Below are positions 26,731-40,279 of a stretch of 64,000 bases of DNA, piece after piece. How positions within the stretch are numbered: the stretch's first letter is position 1; every line of letters starts with the position of its first letter. A model generated the notes under the pieces. The model did not search any database and was not told where the DNA came from. It saw nothing but the letters and a program-made list of their open reading frames with translations. Position numbers and translations under genes: made by a program. This stretch comes from Lytechinus pictus (taxonomy: Eukaryota): the NCBI RefSeq assembly GCF_037042905.1, contig NC_087263.1:1488001-1552000 (forward strand), given 5' to 3'.

Positions 26731-29700
26731 GTTTGTTTGTTTATGTTTGTTTATTTATTATCCGATTATTAAAAAACATGAAATATAAATTAGATAAATA
26801 CATAACATAAATGGCATTAATAGAAATAAACAAAATGAATTGCAAATGAATAGATAGAATAAAATAATCGAAAGGATTGCCCATTTCAGAGTTATTGACA
26901 TAAATCACTCTGGTCTTCCATGGGGTCCATAAAAAAAATATATTAAAATACATTGCAATACAAGGAAAATTTGATATTGAAAAAAAAAAGAAAAAAAAAG
27001 GTATGAAAGAAAAAAAAAGATATATATATAAAACATATATAATTGAATGTATCAATTAATAACCCCCACCAACAATACATATTATCAAACCAAAACCTAC
27101 TTTATCACCCCCCCCCCCCCCCCCTCTGTGTGAGCAGCAATAGAGATGCTAACATATGTGGTTTATAAATCAACCAAGTATTCATCTATTAGTCTATTGA
27201 ATTCCTTAAGTGTGCCAGATTGGCGAATTCTTATCGGTAATTCATTGTATAACACAGTTGCACGATACATAAAAGTTCGTTTGCAATTGTTGGTTCGCGG
27301 TTTAGGAAGAGCCAACAGGCCTGACGTTCTGAAGTTATATTTGTTTTCCTTAATAACAAAGTTCTCCTTCATATACCCAGGAGCCAAATCATGCATTATT
27401 TTATACATAAATGATAACATGTGTCTCTTTCTTCGCTTACATAGTTGTTCCCAGTCCAGCAGACTATGAAGTTCAGAAATAGATTTATGTTCATATGGGT
27501 TTATGCCTAAAATTATTCTAGATGCTTTGTTTTGGAGTTTTTGAAGTTGTTCTAACAAAGTCATACTGGTGGATTGCCAGACTACATCAGCATAGTCAAA
27601 ATGGGGTAAAACAACAGTGTTGTATATTATATTCAAGTTTGAAGTACTCATAAAGTGTCTAAGTCTACACAAGAAATTTATCATTTTTCCTATCTTCTTA
27701 CACATGTTATCTACCTGCAGATTCCATTTCAATTCTGAGTCAACAAGAACACCGAGATATTTGAAACTTTTAACTTGAGTTAAGCGAACACCATTTAAGT
27801 TTAAATCTATACAACCATTCTTAGTAAGCATTTTTTTTTCGAGCCTATCAACATACAAACAGTTTTGTCACAATTTATTCTTAACTTGTTTTTCTTCATC
27901 CACGATTCTAGTACTTTCAATTCCTTATTCATTGTTGTTTGTAAAACTCGTGGTTCTTCATGTGAAAAATATACCACAGAATCGTCTGCATATAAATGTA
28001 CAGAACATTTGTTGAAACATTTGGGCAAATCGTTAATAAATATAAGGAACAACAGTGGACCTAATAAGGACCCTTGTGGAACACCGAATTTGAGAGGCTG
28101 TTCCTCTGACATTGCATCATTTACTGATGTGATAATTGTTCTACCTGATAAGTAACTTTTGAACCAGTTAAGAGCTATATCAGTAATCCCAATTTTCTCA
28201 AGCTTATGCAAGAGGATCTTATGATCCACAGTGTCGAATGCTTTTTGCAGGTCTACAAAAACAGTTCCAGTGTACATTTTGTTATCAAGAGATCTGAGCC
28301 ATTCATCTGTAACCTTAATCAGGGCAGTGCATGTCGAGTGCTTAGATCTAAATCCTGATTGTTCTTTTGTTAAAATAATATTTGCATGAAGATAATGAAT
28401 TGTTTGCTGTTGAATGACCTTTTCCAAAAGTTTAGAGACCCATGGCAATAGCGAAATTGGTCTATAATTGTCCGGTTGTGTTTTATCACCTTTTTTAAAT
28501 AATGGTAATATCTTGGTATATATATTTTCCAACGTTTAGGGACTATACCTTCTGTAATGGATTTATTTATCAGAAATGTCAAGGATCTAAGCACTACTGG
28601 AGCAGCTGCTTTCAAAATGAATGAACTAATGCCATCAATGCCAACAGATTTTTTATTTTTTAAAGAATAAATTAATTTCAACACATCGATTTCTGACGCT
28701 GGAGATAGAACAAAAGTTTCACGAAATGTACCTGTATTTCCATTGCAATTAGTTTCTATAACGTCATTAAAGTTTTCAGCACCAGCCCTTAATTTTTCAG
28801 CAATACTTGCAAAGTGATTGTTAAAATCATTTGCTAGAGTGATATTATCATGTGCATTACTTATAAGAGGTGGAGAGGAGCTTCTATTTGGTACAAAAGA
28901 TTTCAAAATTTTCCAAGATTTGTTTCGGTCCTTACATTCACTTAATTTCTCAGAATAATACTTCTTTTTATTTTTCCTAATCTCTAATGTGACTTTATTT
29001 CTTAAGCGTCTATATTCATTCCAGTAAACATCCTGTTTTTGTGCCTTGCCTTATTTTTCATTTTATCACGAGATTTTATAAGTTCAAATATTGAATCATT
29101 AAGCCAAGGGGAATGTTTCTTTCTCACACGCTTGGTTTTCATAGGCATGTGTTTGTTGACAACCTCTAACAGAAGCTCCTCCCATTTGTTAACTGCTGTA
29201 TCAATGTTATCACAACCTTCAACATCATTCCAATTTTGAGCTCTTAGATCTGCTGTGAATAAATCCATATCAATTCCATTAGATTTTCTAAATGTAACAT
29301 ATTTTGGACTCGATTGGAGACTTTTACAAGATTTCCATGATAAATAGCTCATTGAGTGATCACTTAAACCATTATCAATTACACCAAAGGCATTTATTTT
29401 ATCAAGGCAATTTGTGACCATGTGATCGACAAGTGTCGATGTCTCATTTGTTACCCTTGTATATTGAACTGTATTAATCTGATGCATACCATGTATGTTA
29501 TTTATCTGTAAGTATTTCTTTCTTTCACCTGTTGTTGGATGTTTGCTAATATCAATATTAATATCACCCATCAAGATTTCAGAGTAATTAAAAGCATCCA
29601 TAAAAGTTAACAAATTGTCATATGCTGAAAGGATATCACTCTTCGAGTTAGGTGGTCGATACCAATTTAAAAGTAGCAATTGTTTAGAATTTTTCAGATT

Positions 29701-31549
29701 AATAGAAATCAGAATGGCTTCAAGATTTTCCATGGAGTTGTGAGACAGTTGCTGATGGTCAATATTATTGCAAATGTACGTAGCAACACCACCTCCATTC
29801 CTGTCTCTGCGTATCACAGTATAATTAGGTATATTAATTTCATGACTGCTAATGCTATCATCTAGTCTTGTTTCATTCAATGCACAGATATCAATGTTGT
29901 TACTGTACAGTATTGATTTGACTTCGTCCAAGTGTTTGAGTAGGCTGACAACATTCAACTGAATACATCTCATGCCCTTAGTATTTAACAATTGATTATA
30001 TTTCAAATCATTGGTCATATTTACCCTTTCATTTAAATTTTCACATAAATCTTCAGAAGTAGTGGATGATATTGATATATCGTAGAATGGTAACCCTGTA
30101 GGATACATCTGGAGCATTCCCAATCAACAAACTGCACTAAAGTATTAGTATATAAATTTGAAGTTACACTAGTACATGACAAATGAATCCATTTCCGACA
30201 AGTAGTACAAAGTAATCCCTTTTGGTTGACTTTAACAGAGTTCTCACATATTCCACAAGGAAACTTCTTACCCATCACACACACTAAATCCCAACTAAAA
30301 TGATGAAGTAAAATGAAGTAAAAGAATTCAACACTTTAACAACTTAACACACATTAATAATAAAAGTGTCTAAAAATATCCCTGTAAATGATGCGTATCT
30401 CCCAGGAATTTAGGTCTGGCAAGTCACTAAATGATTCACTCTAAGAGTGACTTTCACAATCATCATCATCGTAAGTTTTTAGCTTCTTCTACAGATCTTA
30501 CAAGTTTCTTGACGGTTGACCCATTGCTTGAAAGAAGAGCAACAAAAATGCGCCCGTCGGTGGACCACGCTGCTGAGACTTTTGCTGATTCTCTTGCAGT
30601 CTTCAAGATGGTATAATTTGCTGCCGTAAGGTCCTCTGAGATTGAAATCCCCGAGTTTTTCAGCTTTCGACGCGCATGTAGTACAGCCTGACGAACACGA
30701 TATGTTGCGAATTTGACTATAATTGGTCTGGGGTGGGTCACTTTACCAGATGACGATGACACCTTACTTGCCCACGACGATGACTTGGAAGTTGATGACG
30801 ATGCAGCCAAAGAACTATGAGCAGCTGAGGCAGTCAGGCCATCTTGTGAGGTATCAGGTTCAGATACATTCCGGGTCTTCGACGATCCAATTCGATGACT
30901 ACGATCGGCATCTTTGATGTTCAGCTCAACTCCAAGTTTCTCATGTGCAATATTAAGAATAATGTTATCTGTATTTTCTCCATTTGTCTCAGCAATTCCA
31001 AAAACCCTTACGCAGTTTCTTCTTGAATATTGTTCTGCACTCGAGATATACTTCGAAGGGTAGATATTTGCTCTGATTGCTCAGATAGCTTTTTCTCCAA
31101 CTCACAAATCTTCTTTGATTTAGTGTCATGTTCAACAAGCAAAGACATGATGTTAGATTCATTCACATCAATTCGAGAAGACAGCTTACCTAGTTCTTGT
31201 TGGAGCACTTTAAATTCTTCCCTAACAGCTTCCTTTACGTTTTTTTTTACAAGGTCTAGAAATTCATGATGCTGAGTCAGTTCAGTAACAAGGCTCTGTT
31301 GAGGTGGTTGAGATTGAGAGGAGTCCAATTGCTGCTGAGACTGTCTCGTCTGTCTAGTAGAAGCACTAAGTTTTGACATTGTTGTACAGTGTTTGCGATC
31401 CTAGTATTACTGGCAATCAGTGTAAAATATTTGGCGGCAAACACTGAATACGCTAGTTCATCGGTTTCGATTCATGCAACGCATCAGACCACGGCGATAA
31501 CAATGGCATGTGTGTAGCAATGCAAAACCTTTCCCGATGTTAACGCAGC
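26731..31549 (-). mobile_element. Near-full-length CR1-clade LINE (ORF1; PHD-EN-RT ORF2; frameshifted), candidate TSD GAAAGTGT
   Basis: ORF1 coiled coil and PRPIIVKF..ISEDLT (31008..31379, 30466..30810); PHD CGIC..CTTCRKWIHLSC..CSRC (30033..30284); EN (29002..30123); RT DLQKAFDTV, GVPQGSLLGP, YADD (27807..28532); (AAAC)n tail; gaaagtgt at 26723-26730 and 31550-31557. Confidence 0.93.
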
Positions 31550-33639
31550 GAAAGTGTACGTAAGTTGACCAGGAACCAAGCCGACACCAGCCCGATGGAG
31601 AAGAGCCACCTTCAGTACATTCACCTATCGACAGTTCGCCTGCGTTCAGCGTTCACCAATAAGTGTAGAATTCATCCAAATTTTGCCATCAAATGATGCT
31701 ATATGTTTCCTGGGGACATTTTACATCGATGAAATAACACTTCCGTTTACATATCTAATGAAGTCCGGCAAAAATACAATAAAAACTGCAGATTTTTAGC
31801 AAGAAAACCTGAGCATTTACAGACGTGACCTATTGCGTTGTCTTTTGACAAGATTGTGTGGTGATAGAAATGATGGATGATAAAAACAACAGCAATTAAA
31901 GTCACATTTGAAACCGAATTTGCCCCAAATATTCACCTTAGTATCCTTTAAAATGAGTCTGTGACATTTAAAATACCTATTTCCCCACTTTGATGCGTGC
32001 TCACTCATCCATGAATAAACAAATCGATTTCATTTTTGCACAGAATTCTGCCCATAGGTTAATGAACATTACCGCCAAATGACATTGCTAATGACAGCCT
32101 TGAAAAAAAATATTGAATAAGGGGTTACTTATTCTTAAACATATGCACCCATAATGTACACAAGTCTATGAGAGAGGAAGTCCAAATTTTAACAAATATG
32201 AAATAAGGGTTTGTTTCATGGACGGTTTTTGTTACTTCTGCCAACAATCATTTCATGAAACTTCGCACATGGCTTCAGAGTAACATTATCCAAAAGGCAC
32301 GCACACCAAAATAATACTTCGATACGGCACAGAGTGGGGCCAAGCCCTTGAACTTTCTTCTCATTTGCATAATTTTCGAATATTGTGCTCACTGATGCAT
32401 TACACATCGGGATTTTCATAAAAATCAAATCAAATGAACCATGCAACGAGGTTTGTGACAGATATTCATAGTTACAGATTGCATTTTTTCCAATAACGTA
32501 AAAAAGAGCTAATCATATTCCACATGTTAATTCAAGCGTGAATGTTTAATTAAACGCCTATGAATCATTGACGCATGTTAATTGGTCATGAACATAACGA
32601 AAAAGTTGATAAAAGATCAGTTTCAGTTACCAAAAAAAAAAACAATGGCCTATGATATTTGTTTTCAATAAATGTTCATTGAACCGTGAAACGATGAATA
32701 TTGTTGAAGATACTCTTCCCAAAAATAACTGTCATTATATTCTATAATTTTTACTGATAAAATGTGTAAAAAATCTAATTACAGCAAATTTTGACTTGTG
32801 TTTATTCAACCATGAAAGTTAACCAAAAAGTTGTATCGTCTTTTAGAAAGTACCTTTTACAAGCCTCCTGACTATTTTTCATGATGAGAATTTGGAATCA
32901 GTTCCAATAAAATGGAATCAAAGTCATGATATTTGTGACTATTGAAAAGTGACATTTTTGCCTTCTGACGGTGCTCACTGAAGCATGACGTAAAATACGT
33001 CCATAGCATTTACTCAGATGGTAGCTTATAAAATTACCTACACACTCATGTAAAAATATATCAAAAACTCGCGTTGGTTCGGAAATCATTTATGTTTGTT
33101 TGTTCAAGGGGGGACTTACTTTTTTTGTGTGTATAGAACAAGGTGTAAGACAAGGCTGCCCACTCTCTTACTGTTTTTATTATTAATAATAATAATAATA
33201 TAGGGTATTTATATCGCGCACATATCCACCTTGTTAGGTGCTCAAGGCGCTCCTAATTGCTGATGTTATGGCAAGTAAAATAAAACAAAACGATAATCCT
33301 GAAGGAATCATTATTCCAGGAGAAAATGGAACCCAGTGTTCATAAAAAGAAATCAAAATATCGCAGCCTGCCTATGATGCAGTAATTTTTGTGAGTTCTG
33401 TTAATTCTGGTAATATTGCGATAAAAGATATAAGGCAATTTGGAGAAATTGCAGGCCCTAAACTTAATTTAACAAAAACTCATGCAGTGTGAGATTATTA
33501 ATAGTTATAAAGATATACCCGGATTTCTGCAACATTACGTTCATGAAAACGAATGTTCCCTGTGCTGAAGCTGTGTGTGTGTGGACTTTCAGACACTCAA
33601 ATGCACGGGACTAACCAGTATGTCCCACAATAATTTGTA

Positions 33640-34560
33640 AATGCCGTTGTTCATGAGTCATCTATGTTCATCACAAACATGTCTCATTATCAAGAGCATT
33701 GGTAACCATGGTAACAGTGCGGAGAAAATCAATCAGAGCCGAAGAAGTTGCATGACCAGCACGGAACCCGTATTGATGTAGAGATAATATATTGCACTTG
33801 TTCATGAAATCCAATAATCTATTATGTATACACTTTTCTAAAATCTTTGAAAAAAATGGCAAGACTGATATGGGTTTGTAATTTCAAACATTTTCATTCG
33901 GAACATTTGTACTTACTGGAACAACACGAGCAATATTTAATTCATCAGTTAATTTACCAAGATCTAAACACTGATTGAATATTGCACAAAGGGGTTGACA
34001 TAAAATATGTATTGATTTCTTTATATTCTTTGTTACTTATATCATCATACCCAGGACTGCAATCACTTTTTATGTTTGACACAAATCCATGATCTCGGTA
34101 CAAGTGATTGGTTGGGAAAAAAAAAACAAGTCCTTGGATTTTTATCCAAATATCTACAAAAATTCAAATCTAAATTATTGTAATGATCAACAGGAAAAAT
34201 CATTTCAGTTACAATATTGACAAAATGTCAATTGAATACATTACAAATAGCAGAGGTATCATAGAATACCTGGTTATTACATTAAAAAAAATCAATACTT
34301 TTTATTTGCACGACCCATTGCACAATTGACTAATTTAACTAATATATTAAAAAGGTAGATGATTACCGATGTCAGTTATTAATATTCCCGATTCAACTTT
34401 GTCTACATGTATATCATTATATTATCAATTACAGAGATTGTGTCATCCGTGATTCTGGTAGGATGGTCAATCAATGGATACATATGATGTGATAACAATA
34501 AATTAAGGAAATTATCAACATATTGCACTTTACCCATATTTTTGCATTGAAAATTAATAT
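33640..34560 (-). mobile_element. Old CR1/L2 fragments (also at ~43340-44270 and in the tandem array)
   Basis: FSKILEKCIHNRLLDF..QYGFRAGHATSSALIDF; PTRITDDTISVIDNI. Confidence 0.8.
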
Positions 34561-34641
34561 GTAAAAGATATTGTCTATAGTGACGAAGAGTGATGTTGAG
34601 CCAAGTGCTGAAAGAATGTGTGAGGGCAGTTGTTATGCACA

Positions 34642-37600
34642 ACTGGTCGTTTTTATAGTATTTTTCCTATAGGCCTTCTGGTGTTGACTTGTTTTGAGGT
34701 TTTCCCAACCTGAGATACTTTTCAAAATCACAGAGTATACATTTGCAGCAATGATGGTAGTGGTCCCGTTGGACAAAGTACACGTAGGGTAAATTTCACT
34801 AAATATAAAATATAAATATTTTTTATTATACCAATGTTGCGTGAAATAGTTTTACATATGTTATCTATGTGAAATTTCCATGAGAGCTTATTATCGACTG
34901 TTATTCCAAGAAACTTAATATGGGATACATTTTCCAAGGGAGTTCCATCCAAAATAATATCAACAGGAAGTGTATTTATGGAGTTGCTAAACAATTATAT
35001 GTCAATGATATATCAAATACTTCGGCCTTATTATCGTTTATCCTCTTTGCAGATGATACTAATATTTTGTATGCTCACACAGAACTAGAAACTGTAATAT
35101 CTACTTTAAATGTTGAATTATGTAAAGTATCTACTTAGTTCAAATGCAACAAATTGTCATTAAATAAAAACAAAACACATTTTATGCACTTTAAGCATTA
35201 CAATACACATGCTGTTAACAATACAATAACGATAAATATTGATAACGTATCTCTACAGCAAAAACAACATTCAAAGTTTCTAGGGGTAACTATTGATGAA
35301 ACTTTATCCTGGAATAATCATTTAAGCCAAGTCACAACTTCCGTGTCCAAAGGTGTTGGAATAATTTCCAAATTAAAATACATATTACCTGAAAAAACTC
35401 TCTTTTTACTTTATAATGTTTTGGTGCTTCCTCACATATCATATTGTAATATAGTTTGGGGTAATTGTGGTAAAACGAAACTTAATCCGATTTTCTTATT
35501 ACAAAAAAGAGCAGTCCGTATTTGCACAGGATCACAATATCTTGCTAGATCTAATCCTTTATTTTTTAAATTAAAAACATTAAAAATTTGAGATATAAAT
35601 ACATTTCATGCTGCTATATTCATGTTCAAATACTAAGAGGGATTACTTTCCCCTTCCTTTCAAAATATGTCCACCCTGAACAACACCATCCATTCTTATC
35701 CAACACGAAACTCCACAAACTTTCATTTAACAAATCCAAAACTAATAATAACACACAAATCAATTAGACATTACGGTGCGGATTTGTGGAATGATTTATC
35801 ACATGACATTAAGCTATGCACATCACTTTATTCATTCAAAGCTGTTCTAAAAAATACGCTGTCAAGCTATAATTTCTAAAATCTTTCTGTGTACCCAAAC
35901 AACTGATAATCCCCCCCCCCCCTTGCACATGCACACTCGCACACCTGCACTTGCACTTTCACTTTTATCAACGTTATTGATCTTCTCTCAATCAAATTTC
36001 TCTTCTCTATCCACTTTTGATATATTCCTATTATTTTGTGCAATAAAAGATCTCTTTTATTGCACCATACAGTCTGGTTTTCTATCCCCTTTCCTTTCGA
36101 GGCCTCCATCACTTTCAAGCTCCAAGCTTAAGATGGAGGTCTCCCACATTTCTATATATATGTTCAGTAATTAAAGAAAATGTATATATAGATATAATTT
36201 CACAGTACAGTTGATATTTTATAATGATTAATGTGCATTATTCATTATGTTTAAAAAAATATTTGCCTAATATGTAATATTGAAAAAAAAAATTACACTT
36301 GTATATTCTTTGTTTTTGTTTTGAAATGTGGAAATAAAATAAATCAAATCAAATCAAACATGTATTTTGTTTTTTGAAGATTTAGTGACAATTTATTTGC
36401 TCTTATTCATTCGGTAACATTTTCTAGTTCAGAGTTGATTATATTAGCAAGGTGAAGAGGATTTTTATGTGAAAAAAATAAGTTAGAGTCGTCCGCAAAG
36501 AGAATGAAAGAAAGAACGTCTGATGATCTACAAAAATCAATAATATAAACTATAAACAAAATTCGGGCCTAAAAGACTACCCTGGGGAACTCCACAATTA
36601 TTTTTTTTCATTTGAGAATTGCAACCGTTTAAAAAGACATATTGCTTCCTATTCAAGAGGTAGCTCCTGAACCACTCCAAGGCCTTCCCACGCACTCCAT
36701 AATGATGTAATTTGTTAAGTAAAATATCATGATTAATGGTGTCGAAGGCCTTGGAGAAGTCCAGGAACAAACCAATTAAATGAGAAGATTTATCGATTGA
36801 ATGTGCCGCTTTTTCAATGAAACTCAATAAAGCATGTGTGGTGCTATGCTTTTCCCTAAATCCAAATTGGGAATTTTAAAGAATATTATTGGATTTGAAA
36901 AAAATTACAGTTCTTTTATAAATAATCTTTTCAAGTATTTTCGACAATGTAGATAACAAAGAAATAGGGCGGTAATTATTAACATCTAATTTATCACCCT
37001 TTTTAAACAGGGGAATGACTTTTGCAATTTTCATGCTCTCGGGGACAATGCCGTTAAGAAGTGACAGATTGAATATATGAGTTAGGGGATCCGCAATTGA
37101 CGATATTACCCCCTTAAGGAGAAAATTATTGATGTCATCATGTCCTGTACTTTTTTTAGAACTAAAATCAGAGACAATATTAATTATCTCCTGATTATAA
37201 GTTGGAGCGAGAAACATTGAACTAGAATTTGGTGGGCCTAAAAATTCAGAAAAGTGTTTTGTTGCGGGAGGAATATTACTTGCAAGATTTTCCCCAATTG
37301 AAGAAAAGTGATTATTCAGGATACTACAAATTGGGTGGGAATCTTCAAAAATAACATCGCCAGATCTAATTTTTGTAATATTAGATTTGATATATTCATT
37401 GCTTGTTTTAAAACTTTCCATGTATTTTGCATATCACGCTTGTAAAGTTGTAACTGATTAGTAAAATATCTTTTCTTTTCTAAACGTATAATTTTTGTCA
37501 ATGTATTTTTGTAAGAAGTATATTTAAGCTTGGATTGCTCAGAGCGTTTCATTTTATATTTATAATATATATTATTCTTCCTATTTATCAAACGCAAGAG

Positions 37601-37905
37601 CGATTTGGAAATCCATGGGAGCTTCGGTGATTTTTTGTAGTTAGATGTCTTATCTCTAAGTTTTGGAATATGAGTGTCAAAGTGTAAATTAAATTTCCCC
37701 ATCCAGTGGAACAGTAATCAAATTGTGACTTTATAACAGATTTTATATTATTTGTAAATAACAGCTGACATTTTAGACTCCATTTTTGAAAGCGATCTTT
37801 GACTTTTGGACATACTAGGCCGAATGTATACTAGTCCTAATGTATTTTGACACTGGAAACCTTGATGGTTTAAACACAAAAATAATAGCTCTCAGGCGGG
37901 TATGA
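34642..37905. mobile_element. Cluster of CR1/L2 RT fragments in both orientations (plus ~34995-36358; minus 34810-34994 and 36360-37705)
   Basis: LFADDTN, KFLGVTIDETLSW, LPHISYCNIVWG (plus); NYRPISLL, DFSKAFDTINH, GVPQGSLLGP (minus). The block is absent from the sister segment at ~44340. Confidence 0.88.
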
Positions 37906-38674
37906 AATGAGCTGTTCGTTTTGCAGCCATTTTAGAATCAATTTTCTTCGAGGTAACCTGGAGTCCCACTTCTGTTCACTCTTACCGTGTGTATCACAAA
38001 ATCATTTTACACCCTGAATTGAATATGCATCAAAATTAGATGTTTATTGTATTTATAGGTGAATTATGCCAATTTTCAGGTAATGGCAGATTTTGGTGGA
38101 TGTTCTAACTTAGGTCAAATAGTACCAAAACCGTTCAAAAACAATTCTTTGCAATTTGTTCGGAAAATGAAGGGTATTTTTGATATAAATTGACCCGTCT
38201 ATCGGCAGGCATGTACAGGGGAAGATAAAATGTGCATCACAATTGAGTATTATCAAATGTTACAAGTAAAAAGGTAAAACAATTCACTCCATTGTCATTT
38301 TGAATAGAAAAAATGAGAGAAGAGTAGAAATAAATATAAAATATCTATCATTACAGCGACCGCGGAACGGTTTTCAAAGTTGGGGGCTTAGGCAAAAATG
38401 GGGGGGGGGGGGCTGACCACGCAAAAAATTTAAATTATGTGGTCATTTTTACGTTTTTGTACATGGGTTTGGAAAAAAAGTGAAGGGGGGGGGGGTTAAG
38501 TCCCATCCCCCAGTATGTAGTATAAGGTATACTTACGCAGACCCTATTGCAAATCAAAATCAATTCCGGACCCGATATTTGCTTCCTTAAACTGTAGCTA
38601 TATTATAAATATCAGTAGGCAAACCTTTATAGTACAAGAACATTGTTACTTTCAACATTAAATGCGTTAATTAA

Positions 38675-39252
38675 AGGGAAATGAAACCTTTTGAACATGT
38701 AGGCTTGTGTCGAAACAGAAAAATCATAAAATAGGAACAAAGAAAGATTGAGAAAAATTGGACAAACAATGAGAAAGTTATGAGCATTTGAATATTGCAA
38801 TCACTAATTCTATGAAGATCCCCCATAGGCAATGTGACAATGATGTGTGATGTCTCATGTGAACAACTTTCCCCTTGATGGACTATAAAATACCCTCAAA
38901 ATGTCTCTTTTTGCTTTTTCTTATGGTGATACAAACCCTTTATCCCTGATATATTTTTTAAAAATCTGTATTACATGCTTTTCTATAGAAAGAACACAAG
39001 ATCTACTGATAGATGTGATAAAAGAGGCATTTTAAGTGAAATATGTACTAAAGTAATTGGAGAGTTGCTCACAAGTCACACATCTTTTCGCATTGCCAAT
39101 TTGAGGATCTCCACAGCATTAGTGATCGCAATATTCAAATGCTCATAACTTTCTCATTATTTGTCCGAATTTTTCTCAAAATTTCATTGATCTGTTTCTT
39201 TGATTTTTCTGTTTTCACACAAGCTATCTTGTTCCAAAGGTTTCATTCTCCT
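38675..39252. mobile_element. Palindromic MITE with TTAA TSD and AGG...CCT ends (Kolobok-like)
   Basis: ttaa|agggaaatgaaacctttt ... aaaggtttcattctcct|ttaa, with long imperfect inverted arms (aaagttatgagcatttgaatattgc / gcaatattcaaatgctcataacttt). Confidence 0.85.
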
Positions 39253-39739
39253 TTAAGTTTGTTTGGACTGTATTAATTGTTTCAAATGAAAAGGGTCTAG
39301 GAACGAAAACTATCATACGTTAGTCACGTGACGTTGTACACAGAAATATGCCATGTTCTGCCTGCTCGATCTCAAAGTTTGGGAGAAAAATGAGATGTAA
39401 TCATTATACCAGTTATACCAGTCATAAAGTATCGTACATCAAACTGTGGGTAATCTTTTTGGCATTGAGATGACAATCAATCTCGACCCTTTTAACCCTT
39501 AGGGATACTCCAGTGGGAAAACAAAGATGCCAATGTCTCGAAAATATGGGTGGTTTCAGACTGTTTGCCATAGCAAGAGTTGTGAACATGGACACTTTCA
39601 AATGAACAGCGAGACGTAAATAGTAAATTAATTGTAATAATATTTACATCAAATTAATGGAATTGGAAAAAATGTTCACACTATTATCACTCTGGTGTGA
39701 GATTATTGTGTTTTCTTTTCTTTTCCTCGTTCAGAGGTA

Positions 39740-40265
39740 CTTTATTCTTTATATTCCTTTCTCATTTTAACATTTCCTTCCGAGGCACAGTGATTTACAA
39801 AACAGGTTACATATAAACATGTAATAGACATCGACTGTTTAATCTAAAATGTAATAAAGATGAAATTTCTCTGTAACGTTATAGCTCTTCGAACATTTGA
39901 ATTAAATGAACATTGGATTTAAATCGCCATTTTACATAAAAAAGTATCTCTTTCTTGAACTCATACCAAATTGAATATATATTAAAATCTCTTCCTTCCA
40001 TCTTATACATGACATAGGATTTGTATATTGCATACTGTGCAAATATCATAAACAAATTAACCAACGTAAACTTGCGATCGTGAATTTTGTATCCAATGAA
40101 CAACGTCGTTTCATTAATAGGAATTGTAATTTTAAACATAAATTAAAGAGAATTCTTTATCTTTATCCAAGAATTGGCAACAGGATTACATTCTAACATA
40201 ATATGAAAAAAAGGTTTCTTCAGGGTTTCTTCTGCTTCACAGAACATACAAGATGTGTCATTGGC
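39740..40265 (-). mobile_element. 3' end of a Tx1/L1-like LINE
   Basis: CMFCEAEETL..ECNPVANSW and NLFMIFAQYAIYK C-terminal motifs. Confidence 0.75.
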
Positions 40266-40279
40266 TAATTTCCAACGAC

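Larger units (their letters stand above)
25983..33133. mobile_element. Tc1/mariner-like non-autonomous DNA element (TA TSD) carrying a nested CR1
   Basis: TIRs tacacaacaaaaaaagtaagtccccct / aggggggacttactttttttgtgtgta with TA on both sides. The corresponding uninterrupted site is in the sister Tx1 copy near 42900. Confidence 0.88.
23505..33490 (+). mobile_element. Degenerate Tx1/L1-clade LINE, copy A (ORF1 end, EN, RT), split by the DNA transposon at 25983-33133
   Basis: CRNCKQTGHV knuckle; EN motifs NVRG, GGDWN, RLDYWL and CDHNAV; KGIWKLNNSLL; WMEESEKSSKYF; KTPGSDG; NWRPISLLNIDYKI. Resumes at 33136 with QGVRQGCPLS. Confidence 0.9.

Noticed and set aside
30033-30284. PHD-finger host gene
   Set aside because: It sits between ORF1 and the endonuclease of the CR1 element and is part of it.
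9810-37700. APOBEC-type G>A hypermutation of neighbouring TEs (e.g. TGG>TAG near 35136)
   Set aside because: Only isolated examples are visible. It needs consensus alignment and a context-bias test, and cannot be separated from ordinary decay by eye.
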